Below the pieces are notes generated by a model. The model was not told the origin of the DNA and ran no database searches. It saw only the letters and a program-made list of their open reading frames with translations. 64,000 bases of DNA from an uncultured candidate division Zixibacteria bacterium (lineage in GTDB: Bacteria > Zixibacteria > MSB-5A5 > GN15 > PGXB01), in contig OY969724.1 in the NCBI GenBank assembly GCA_963702205.1, forward strand, positions 3,008,001-3,072,000. The letters run 5' to 3'. The translations under genes were made by a program, and so were the position numbers. Positions 56,336 through 64,000 of this stretch are shown piece by piece. Numbering within the stretch: position 1 is the stretch's first letter; every line of letters starts with the position of its first letter.

Positions 56336-59221
56336 TTGAAAATCCATCCGTCAAAAGCACTTTCCGGCGGCCTTGTCGTTTTGATGCTGACATCGGCGAC
56401 GGCTTTCGCCAGCCGACCCGGTTCCGCCGCGGATCAGTTGAAACCGGAAGTAATCAGGACTCACGAGGTTTACGGCACGGCTGAGGTCGTTTCGGGGAAT
56501 TTTAAAGTAACCGGCACTGACATGCAGGACCGGGCCCTGAATTTCATCGCCTCACAAAACAGCGCCTTTAAAATCGCCGACCCCCCTCATGAATTAAAAC
56601 TGCTTTATCAAAGGACCGATAAACTCGGCGAAACCCACCTGCGCTTCCAGCAGGAGTTCAATGACCTTGAGGTCTGGGGCTGCCAGACAATCGTCCACTT
56701 CAAGGACGATCACACAATCTATCTTGTCGGGGGCCAGACCATCGCGACGCCGTCGATCAATACCGTCCCCACGATGAGCGAAAGTGATGCTTCCTCAATA
56801 GCGTCAGATGATATAAGAATAAAATTCCCCAACGATTCGCTCGAAACCGACTCGAAACTATTGATCTATCCCGGTGAAGGCAACCCCGGCCTGGCTTATC
56901 TGGTGACCGTGACAAGTCCCAATGATGCCGGTGTGCGCTGGCGGGTTTTTGTCGACGCCCGCGACGGACACATTCTCCACAAATTCAATGACATCCAGAA
57001 CGACGGGCCCGATATCGGGACCGGGATTGACGTCCTCGGCAATACCGACACGTTGAACATTTACAACAGCGGCGGGCAGTATCAATTGCGCGACGTGACC
57101 CATACCGGTGAGGTTAGTACGTACTACGACTATTACGGCGCTCACGTTATATCCACCGACCCTAACGGCGATAAAGTCTGGAATGACAATGCGAGCCAAC
57201 AAAAGTTTGTCTCCGGGCATTATTACACCGACTCAACTTATAACTACTATCTGAGCACATTCGGCCGCGACAGCTATGACGGTGCGGGAGCCGATATCCC
57301 GGTCAATATGCTGCCGGACCCTGGATATAATAACGCGTACTGGAACGGGCAGGCTCTCAATTTCGGTGAGGGCGACGGCGTCCTGTACAAGCCTTTTTCC
57401 GGGGCGCTCGACGTTGTCGCTCACGAGTTGACCCACGCCGTCACCCAATACAACGGTCTCGGCGGTCTGATCTATGAATACCAATCCGGGGCGCTGAACG
57501 AATCTTTCTCCGACGTGATGGCCGCCATGGTCGACCGCGATGACTGGACCATGGGTGAAGACATCGCGCTTTACACGACCAACCCGTTTATCCGAAGCCT
57601 CGCCGACCCCAGCCTTAAGGGTCAGCCGAATACGATGGATCAATACCACTGGCTGGGCATTGAGACCGATAATGGCGGCGTCCACACCAATTCCGGCATT
57701 TCCAACCATGCGGCGTACATCGCCAGCGAGATGTTCGGCCTCGGCCATTCCAAGGTGGAGCAGATTTGGTATCGCACGCTGACTACCTACCTGACGCCGA
57801 CCACCGGCTTTCACTTCTGGGCGGCTATGATATTGCAGGCGACGGCCGACCTTTATTCACCAAGCGACGTCGACGCGATGGACAATGCCCTGAAACTGGT
57901 GGCATTGCTTCCCACTTACGCCGACCCGATCTCCGTTACGATAACGACCCTCATCGGCGGCACGCCGACGCCCGATACGGTATGGCTTCACAATTCCGGC
58001 CAGGGGGACAGCTACGACTTTTCTTTCAGCACTCCCGTCACTCCGGGACTTTCCGTAACACAGGTTTCCGGCACCAACCCCGTCCCGGTCGGCGATTCGG
58101 TCGGCTTTGAGGTCGCGCTGAGCACGTCCGGCTATACCGAATGCGACCTGGGCGTATCGGTCGATACCGTCAACTTTCTGTTTGGAACCGGCGTATTCAC
58201 TACGACCATCAGGCTGCCGATCACGGTTGCGGTGGCCAAAACGACTTCGGACTATAAGCCGGTCGATGTAAATACCTCCTGCGTGAATTTCAACGGGTAC
58301 AACAATACCGAGATATATAACTTCGACCGCAGCGGCGTTAACACGGTTTACGATGGTTCCCTCATGATCGGACTGCTCGACGGCAACGATACCACGGTGT
58401 ATCGAAGCGTCTTCGGAACCAACAAGCTGGCCATTGTCGACACGGTCGACACCGAACCGGGGAGCAAGTCGTTCGCCTTCGTAAGCATGGACGGCCGCAT
58501 ACAGGGCAAAGCAACCTATCGCTGGGATGCCACCGACCCGAACAACTGTGATTTCGTCATTGCCGATTTCGATCTATATAATCCCTGCGATACCCCCCTG
58601 ACTTTACTCACGGCCGCGTATACCGATTTTGACGTCCTAAGCTCGAGCAGCAATACCTGTCATAACGACCCGGCCAACAACCTGATATACATTCAGGATA
58701 ATGCCGGTAATTATGCCGGGGGCATGGCCCTGCTGTCCGGCACGGCCAAAAACGTGCGCTCGATCAATAACCCCGCTCTCGTGTACAACGGCGGCTGGAG
58801 CGATGATATTGCCTACAATCAGATGACGCAGTCGTCAAATCTTCAGGGATTGACGCCCAACGATTATTCCGCACTGCTTACTTTCGGTCAGGCGACCCTG
58901 CCAGCGGGCGACACGGCTCATTATTCCATGGCTTATATGTACCAAACATCCGGCGGCGATACCTTCGTGGACATATTGAACAAAATTGCCGCATTCAATA
59001 CGAATTATGTCTGCGGTGATGCCAACGGCGATGGTGATGTTAATCTACTGGACATACTGTCTCTGATTTCCTATTTATACGATACACCGGCCGGTCCCGC
59101 GCCCAATCCCCTTGGGTCGGGTGACGCCAACGGCGATGGTGATGTCAACCTGCTTGATATACTGGCCTTGATTTCTTATCGGTACGATACTCCTCCCGGA
59201 CCGGCGCCGGTTTGTCCATAG
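56336..59221 (+). CDS. Secreted M4 (thermolysin-like) metallopeptidase with FTP/PepSY propeptide, extra beta domains and C-terminal dockerin-like domain
   Basis: 'YNNAYWNG', 'DVVAHELTHAVT', 'GALNESFSD', 'DNGGVHTNSGISN'; duplicated 'GDANGDGDVNLLDIL.LISY.Y'; AGGAGG RBS before TTG 56336. Confidence 0.93.
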   Translation: MKIHPSKALSGGLVVLMLTSATAFASRPGSAADQLKPEVIRTHEVYGTAEVVSGNFKVTGTDMQDRALNFIASQNSAFKIADPPHELKLLYQRTDKLGETHLRFQQEFNDLEVWGCQTIVHFKDDHTIYLVGGQTIATPSINTVPTMSESDASSIASDDIRIKFPNDSLETDSKLLIYPGEGNPGLAYLVTVTSPNDAGVRWRVFVDARDGHILHKFNDIQNDGPDIGTGIDVLGNTDTLNIYNSGGQYQLRDVTHTGEVSTYYDYYGAHVISTDPNGDKVWNDNASQQKFVSGHYYTDSTYNYYLSTFGRDSYDGAGADIPVNMLPDPGYNNAYWNGQALNFGEGDGVLYKPFSGALDVVAHELTHAVTQYNGLGGLIYEYQSGALNESFSDVMAAMVDRDDWTMGEDIALYTTNPFIRSLADPSLKGQPNTMDQYHWLGIETDNGGVHTNSGISNHAAYIASEMFGLGHSKVEQIWYRTLTTYLTPTTGFHFWAAMILQATADLYSPSDVDAMDNALKLVALLPTYADPISVTITTLIGGTPTPDTVWLHNSGQGDSYDFSFSTPVTPGLSVTQVSGTNPVPVGDSVGFEVALSTSGYTECDLGVSVDTVNFLFGTGVFTTTIRLPITVAVAKTTSDYKPVDVNTSCVNFNGYNNTEIYNFDRSGVNTVYDGSLMIGLLDGNDTTVYRSVFGTNKLAIVDTVDTEPGSKSFAFVSMDGRIQGKATYRWDATDPNNCDFVIADFDLYNPCDTPLTLLTAAYTDFDVLSSSSNTCHNDPANNLIYIQDNAGNYAGGMALLSGTAKNVRSINNPALVYNGGWSDDIAYNQMTQSSNLQGLTPNDYSALLTFGQATLPAGDTAHYSMAYMYQTSGGDTFVDILNKIAAFNTNYVCGDANGDGDVNLLDILSLISYLYDTPAGPAPNPLGSGDANGDGDVNLLDILALISYRYDTPPGPAPVCP

Positions 59222-59234
59222 TACAATTAAATAG

Positions 59235-59265
59235 AAAAGGCAGTCTCCGGACTGCCTTTTTTTTT
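59235..59265. terminator. Bidirectional intrinsic terminator
   Basis: AAAAGGCAGTC-TCCG-GACTGCC-T9. Confidence 0.88.
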
Positions 59266-59280
59266 GGGTTTTAAAGAGAA

Positions 59281-60333
59281 TTAATGTTCTTCCATCACTT
59301 CGCGAGTGATCTTTATTTCTTTCTTACCGCTTGGCCCGGTTACTATCTCCACGTTGGCATCGGTCACTCCCTGGGCCGCCAGTTTGGCTTCGACTTCGGC
59401 CTTGATTTGAGCGTCGGTTTTTCCGGCGGTTTCAATATCAAGTTTCGGCGGAGCTTCCATCCCGGGCATATCGAACGACATATCGCCGTCGCCTTTAAGA
59501 TTCATTTCAATGACCTGTTCGCCCTGACCATTGGCGTCCGAGGACGACCTCTCTCCCGAAATCGAGATTTGAGTCTGACCGTTGGCATCCGTTTCGACCG
59601 TGACCTGCGGCGACGTGAAACCGGCCGCAGCCAACTGAGCGGCTATTTCCTGTTCTACCTGTTCGACAGTTTTGCCGTCGGTATTGACCTCAATGCGCGT
59701 CCGGTTGTCGGTAACCTGCGCATAGAGACTGCCCGAGACCTTTTCACGGGTCGGGTTGACCTGCACGTCGGACGCGCCGGTCAGCGCCGCCAGCACCGCC
59801 GCCGCCTGGCGTCCGGCCGACCAGTCGGGAAGATTCCTGATTTGATAGTTATATCCGTTGTCGCCCCGTTCCAGATTGACTTCGGCGTCCTTAAAGCCGA
59901 GCGTCGTCATAGCGTTGACCAGCCGCTCGGCCGAAACCGTCTGCGATTGCTCGACATTATTGGCGACGGCTTCATAGCCGGTCGTGATGGTGTACGACAT
60001 CGGAACCAAAGTTATAAACAGAAATGCGGCTGCGGCGAAAATGAGCCCGGCGTAGAGCTTGGGCCGCATAGACATCTGGGTCTGCGCTTTTTCCATGAGA
60101 GAATACTCCTTTTGATTTTTGGCTGCCTTTTGTTCGATTCGTGAACGCAGGACCGCGAACGGGGTGACCGGCTCATCGGTACCGGCAGCGGCCGTCCGAA
60201 ACGAGTCGTCGATAATCTTCGCGGCACGTGCGGCGCGGGCGCATGCCGGACAGGCCTCCAAGTGCTTTAGAAGCTCCGGATTGTGTCGGCCGTCCGCATC
60301 ATTTAGCTGTTGCATTGCCTTTTTGCAATCCAT
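59281..60333 (-). CDS. Zinc-binding (HxxxCxxC) transmembrane anti-sigma factor
   Basis: 'MDC...HLEACPAC' ZAS motif, a single TM helix and a periplasmic domain with a duplicated module; overlaps the ECF sigma gene. Confidence 0.82.
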   Translation of the reverse strand: MDCKKAMQQLNDADGRHNPELLKHLEACPACARAARAAKIIDDSFRTAAAGTDEPVTPFAVLRSRIEQKAAKNQKEYSLMEKAQTQMSMRPKLYAGLIFAAAAFLFITLVPMSYTITTGYEAVANNVEQSQTVSAERLVNAMTTLGFKDAEVNLERGDNGYNYQIRNLPDWSAGRQAAAVLAALTGASDVQVNPTREKVSGSLYAQVTDNRTRIEVNTDGKTVEQVEQEIAAQLAAAGFTSPQVTVETDANGQTQISISGERSSSDANGQGEQVIEMNLKGDGDMSFDMPGMEAPPKLDIETAGKTDAQIKAEVEAKLAAQGVTDANVEIVTGPSGKKEIKITREVMEEH

Positions 60334-60862
60334 AACCGCCCTCGCTTTGTTGGTTTTGCCTTTCCTGTTTGTCCAGTTGTCCTTCCAGAAACCGTCTCAT
60401 CTTACTTCTGGCGCGCGACAGCCGGGCTTTGATCGTCCCGTCCGGCTTGTCATACAAGGTCGCCAGTTCGGCGATCGTCCACTGCTCGAATTCGAAAAGT
60501 ACGAGCATCGCCTTTTCTTCGGCCTTGAGTATTGTCATCGCGGCTTCGAGAACGCGACGAGCCTCGTTTTTGTCCCGGGGATCATCGACCAGGACCGCCT
60601 CAAGGAGTCCGGGTGTCAGACCCGCGCGGCGGCGCCACCACGCTTCGCGCGACCGGTTCCTGAAGCGGTTGATGATCAATTTGAACAGCCAGGGACGAAA
60701 GGCCGTCTCGTCTCGGAGTGAGCCAATTTTGCGCATCGCGACCAGCAGCGAGTCCTGGTAGAGGTCGTCGCCGTCGTCCCGATTTCCGGCCAGCCGTCGG
60801 CAAAAGCCCTCGGCCTGACCGTGCACCGGCTCCAGAAGTGTCCAGAAACGATCATTGTTCAT
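60299..60862 (-). CDS. ECF-type RNA polymerase sigma factor
   Basis: Region 2 'DDLYQD...FRPWLFKLIINRFRN'; region 4 'IAELA......GTIKARLSRAR'. Confidence 0.92.
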   Translation of the reverse strand: MNNDRFWTLLEPVHGQAEGFCRRLAGNRDDGDDLYQDSLLVAMRKIGSLRDETAFRPWLFKLIINRFRNRSREAWWRRRAGLTPGLLEAVLVDDPRDKNEARRVLEAAMTILKAEEKAMLVLFEFEQWTIAELATLYDKPDGTIKARLSRARSKMRRFLEGQLDKQERQNQQSEGGYGLQKGNATAK

Positions 60863-60876
60863 CGGTTTTCAGCCCT

Positions 60877-60905
60877 AAGACAGCTTAAAATCAAAAAGGG
60901 TTGCA
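60877..60905 (-). promoter_or_regulatory. ECF-type autoregulatory promoter
   Basis: TGCAAC-N17-TGTCTT just upstream of the ECF ATG (the AAC / GTC pattern typical of ECF promoters). Confidence 0.6.
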
Positions 60906-61203
60906 TAAATATAAGTCATTATCTCGGAATACGGAATAAATATCGAGCCGTTTCGACCGGGAGAGTTCCTGCACCCTAATAATATTGGAGTCTTTGCATC
61001 CATTATTGCCGGCAAAATGATGTGTTATTGGCAGTTGCGGCGAAATGGGTTCGAATTTGAAAATGGTATTTGGCATTTCTCCCCCATTTGAACAAATATT
61101 CCCCCCGAATTTGGTGTACGCATAGCCATAATAAAGGGGTGCTGTTGGATTCTACATTGAGGTTGTATGGAATTTGATGGAATGAATGCGGGGATGAACT
61201 CCT

Positions 61204-61310
61204 GTAGGGCAGGACCCAAGCCTTGCGCCGTGGTCCTGCCAAAATCAAACCAAAATGGCAGAACTGTTACCCTTTAAAAGATGAGGGTCTTCGGAAAGGT
61301 TCTGCCTAAC
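61204..61310. repeat. REP doublet (inverted pair of GTAG-type hairpins)
   Basis: GTAG-GGCAGGACC..GGTCCTGCC on plus; GTTA-GGCAGAAC..GTTCTGCC on minus. Confidence 0.7.
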
Positions 61311-61327
61311 TTTTTCAACCAGAACTG

Positions 61328-62248
61328 TCACAAGTTCCTAAAATCTTCGGGTCTATGTCGTTTTGCAATTTCCTGTAAATCCATGTGTACTTTTTCCTCA
61401 GGCCGAAATCTGCCCGCAATCAATTTTGACGAACTCACCAAATATGCACCTACTAGAGAACAAAGCATTTCACCATTAGCTATTTGTCCTCTAATAGGAA
61501 TTAAAATGACATTATTATTTATTAAATCTAATATATTGTTGAAATTCTTGGCATGCGAAAATGAAGAATAAATGCGATAAAATAATTCATATTCGACCGG
61601 TCTGTTTAAGAGTTTCGCTAAAGCCTCAATATTCCGAGGCCCTTTGTTAATTTGAAACCATCTAGTTATTTTCGTTTTTCCACTAAAAGCATCATAGATT
61701 GTCTTATTTCCCTTGTTCTTAAGGAATTTATCCAATGATTCTATTTTATTCCGTAATCTGCTGGAATTATTAAGCGCAAAATTATAAGAATTGGAAAATC
61801 TATCATTGCTTAAATCTTTTTTAAACTTGGCACCGATTTCGGTACTCGTATCAAAAGATTCATAATACCTCTTATCTATAATGATATTTTCTATTAGCCA
61901 TGCAGTGGAACGGGTTTCAAAGTCATCTTTGAGTATATATTCCAAAGAAATGTCAGCTTCAAAAATGCTTCTTAATATTGGGACTCCTGCCATTAAACAA
62001 CTATTTGAGATTAAGACTTCTGCGGCGTCGGCCATTTGAATAATATGATAATAGAGCGATAGTATTGAAATAGGATATCCCTTTACTCCTTTTGACGCAT
62101 TTTCGCATCTAGCCAATAGATTGGTTGCGTAATTGACCAACTCGCGCAGATATGGAGAATATTTTTCGATTAATTCGCGGGCGTTGGCAATTGAAAGATT
62201 CCTATCCAAAATTTTCGTGAGCGGGCCATGTTTTATTTGTCCTGACAT
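61328..62248 (-). CDS. DUF5677-like helical protein, AT-rich
   Basis: 'ILRSIFEA...LEYIL' and 'Y...YR.YS.FSH' motifs; GAGG RBS before MSGQ. Confidence 0.6.
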   Translation of the reverse strand: MSGQIKHGPLTKILDRNLSIANARELIEKYSPYLRELVNYATNLLARCENASKGVKGYPISILSLYYHIIQMADAAEVLISNSCLMAGVPILRSIFEADISLEYILKDDFETRSTAWLIENIIIDKRYYESFDTSTEIGAKFKKDLSNDRFSNSYNFALNNSSRLRNKIESLDKFLKNKGNKTIYDAFSGKTKITRWFQINKGPRNIEALAKLLNRPVEYELFYRIYSSFSHAKNFNNILDLINNNVILIPIRGQIANGEMLCSLVGAYLVSSSKLIAGRFRPEEKVHMDLQEIAKRHRPEDFRNL

Positions 62249-62307
62249 TCTCTGCCTCGTTATTCTCCAATGAATCATGAATTACAAAAAGGTTTTATAG
62301 ACATCTA

Positions 62308-63060
62308 TTATTTAAACATCAGTTCCCAGCGCAACCGGAAATTTCTCATTCCAGTTATGCCGTTTTCACCCTTAATAACATTGCGAAAGTCTTTTTCTGG
62401 AAAAAAGCTATCAGCTATGCACCGGCAAAATTCAAAACTGCGGCCTCGTTCACAAACAAATTCTAATAGGTTTATATCATTTTCTAATAGAGATTGCGAT
62501 ATTTCTTTGGCAGATTCTAAGTCTTGTGCACTAGGCATGTTAGTTGAATACAATGAAGGGTCCGAATTTGGATGATTATGAAATGTCATTACGGTTGAAT
62601 AATTTCCCGCCTTGGCAATTTGATTAATGTGCGATAGGTTAATGCCATGATATACTCTCGTCCGATCTGGTCCTTTGTTAATCCAAATTTTGTTTATCTT
62701 TTGATCTTGTTCAAATGCAATTATAAGCCACTCATGTTTCTTGTATTTCAATAGTCCTGCCGCTAGAGATGGAAATTCAATCAGGCTTTCATCGATGGAA
62801 TAAAATGAACCATTTGCAATCATGTTTTTTTTAAACTGCGGGTTGACTGAGCGCTCTCCAAAAGCAAAAGCGTAATATTTCAAAATGGCTTTGGCCCTGC
62901 GTTTTTGCGCAAGCGCGTCCATTTGTGCATCTGATAAGGCACGGCTTTGAATAATAAAAAAGAGAATACAAAAAAGGACTATGGCGCCGAACAGAATGAC
63001 AATGCCAGCGAGCGGCTCTTCTTGTGAATTTATTATAATACTAAGCAATAATGAATACAT
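62308..63060 (-). CDS. Membrane-anchored JAB/MPN-domain (RadC-like) protein, AT-rich
   Basis: TM helix 'LAGIVILFGAIVLFCILFFII'; JAMM pattern 'HEW...FHNHPNS......PSAQDL'. Start uncertain (ATG 63060 chosen). Confidence 0.65.
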   Translation of the reverse strand: MYSLLLSIIINSQEEPLAGIVILFGAIVLFCILFFIIQSRALSDAQMDALAQKRRAKAILKYYAFAFGERSVNPQFKKNMIANGSFYSIDESLIEFPSLAAGLLKYKKHEWLIIAFEQDQKINKIWINKGPDRTRVYHGINLSHINQIAKAGNYSTVMTFHNHPNSDPSLYSTNMPSAQDLESAKEISQSLLENDINLLEFVCERGRSFEFCRCIADSFFPEKDFRNVIKGENGITGMRNFRLRWELMFK

Positions 63061-63181
63061 CAAACAAAAGTACCCAATATATTGTCGAATTATATACCAC
63101 GATTCCCAATAAAATAAGCAAATAAAGAAATGAAAGCAATAGGCGTATAAATCTACAGTACTTTTTAAACCACCAAAGTCC

Positions 63182-63271
63182 TTAGGGCAGAACTCGGAGC
63201 GAACCGGAGCAGTTCTGCCAATTTTAACGAAGACTGCAGAACCACGACGCAAGTCTTGGGTTCTGCCCTAC
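63182..63271. repeat. REP doublet (second copy of the family)
   Basis: TTAG-GGCAGAACT..AGTTCTGCC on plus; GTAG-GGCAGAACC-CAAGACTTGCGTCGT-GGTTCTGC on minus. Confidence 0.72.
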
Positions 63272-63318
63272 TTCCCTCTATGAATATAATAATAACATGT
63301 AAAATTCCGCAGCGCATT

Positions 63319-63882
63319 TCATTTCAATAGCTGTTCTTTATCTAGTTCTGGCGGATTAATTTCATCATTAAGAAATTGGCACGCCTGTTTAAAAGAATTG
63401 GAAAGACTCAAATAATCAATAACGCTAATTTCAGGGGGATATGATTTTCGCACGAATCCTTTAGGCATTTCATTATCAGGCAGTGTCATATAAATTGCAG
63501 TTTCTGCTTGATTCATTGCCTTCGCAAACGTTTTCAATGCCTCAGCTGCTTCCGAATGCAAATATGCGGATGCAATTGCCATTGACCTCCGGAAATTATT
63601 GGTTTTTGACAAAACCTTTTCCCTAAATTCTCTATCGGTTAATAGAGGGGCAGCAGAATGTAGATTAATGACATCATAAGCATCATGGAGATTTGCGTTG
63701 AGTTCCAAAAAGTTCTTTATCCTTTCCTTGATGAAATAATCAGCGTACCATCGTAAGGCTTCGCCTTTTCTACGTTTCTCGTTAAAAATCTGCGTTATAA
63801 AGACGCTGACCAATACGATTAGAGCAGGGACAGTCGCCAATATTACTTCTTTAGTGATTATTTGGTCCAAACCTAAAATCAT
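63319..63882 (-). CDS. Hypothetical protein with N-terminal TM helix, AT-rich
   Basis: 187-aa ORF; AGGGGA RBS; hydrophobic 'VILATVPALIVLVSVFIT'. Confidence 0.65.
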   Translation of the reverse strand: MILGLDQIITKEVILATVPALIVLVSVFITQIFNEKRRKGEALRWYADYFIKERIKNFLELNANLHDAYDVINLHSAAPLLTDREFREKVLSKTNNFRRSMAIASAYLHSEAAEALKTFAKAMNQAETAIYMTLPDNEMPKGFVRKSYPPEISVIDYLSLSNSFKQACQFLNDEINPPELDKEQLLK

Positions 63883-64000
63883 TCTTAAATTCCCCCTTTC
63901 TTGACTAATGAAATTTTTTTAAATATAATTTATGAACTCCCCTCAATCAAACATATTCCGTGACCGGAAGACGCCCTCGCTTGTTATGAGCTGCGAAGGG

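Noticed and set aside
61257..61330. GCCTAAC/GTTAGGC next to a gene end, suggesting an integron attC site
   Set aside because: The orientation is wrong relative to the gene, there is no matching R''/R' pair, and no intI is present; it is better explained as a REP hairpin end.
63961..64000. Start of a GC-rich hairpin (CCCTCGC...GCGAAGGG), perhaps a third repeat family
   Set aside because: It is truncated by the window edge and present in a single copy, so it cannot be evaluated.

Overview
Bacterial (diderm) chromosome segment. Several secreted proteins end in a Cys-bracketed dockerin-like tail, and multiheme cytochromes are abundant; together these suggest candidate division Zixibacteria or a relative (inference). 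Left to right: (1) 1-11.4 kb, a surface-polysaccharide locus (GT2, Tat-exported DUF362, GNAT, rmlBADC, an internally deleted wzx paralog, an O-antigen-ligase-like protein, intact wzx). (2) An oxidative-stress cluster (tpx, rubrerythrin-like, ferritin, AhpD-like, fRMsr, flavin reductase). (3) cymR-like rrf2-cysK, followed by an unannotated candidate sigma54-driven small RNA. (4) SLC13 transporter, two GYD paralogs, C69 and C1B peptidases, and an FHA-GAF-PP2C / Ser-Thr kinase-TPR pair. (5) A TSP3-repeat dockerin protein, dpaL, lptFG, yhaM, fetAB and tRNA-Ser(GGA), followed by small accessory genes bracketed by palindromic repeats. (6) A compact, apparently complete extracellular-electron-transfer island with about 47 heme-binding motifs: a 19-heme CbcL-like and a 7-heme ImcH-like inner-membrane cytochrome, convergent on an MtrA-like / porin / lipoprotein cytochrome / tetraheme set. 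(7) Dockerin-tagged beta-helix protein and M4 peptidase, an ECF/anti-sigma pair, and an AT-rich end region of REP-doublet-flanked genes (DUF5677-like, membrane-anchored JAB). At least two single-base frameshifts (lptG, rubrerythrin) look like consensus errors. All family calls come from motif recognition by eye; no searches were run.
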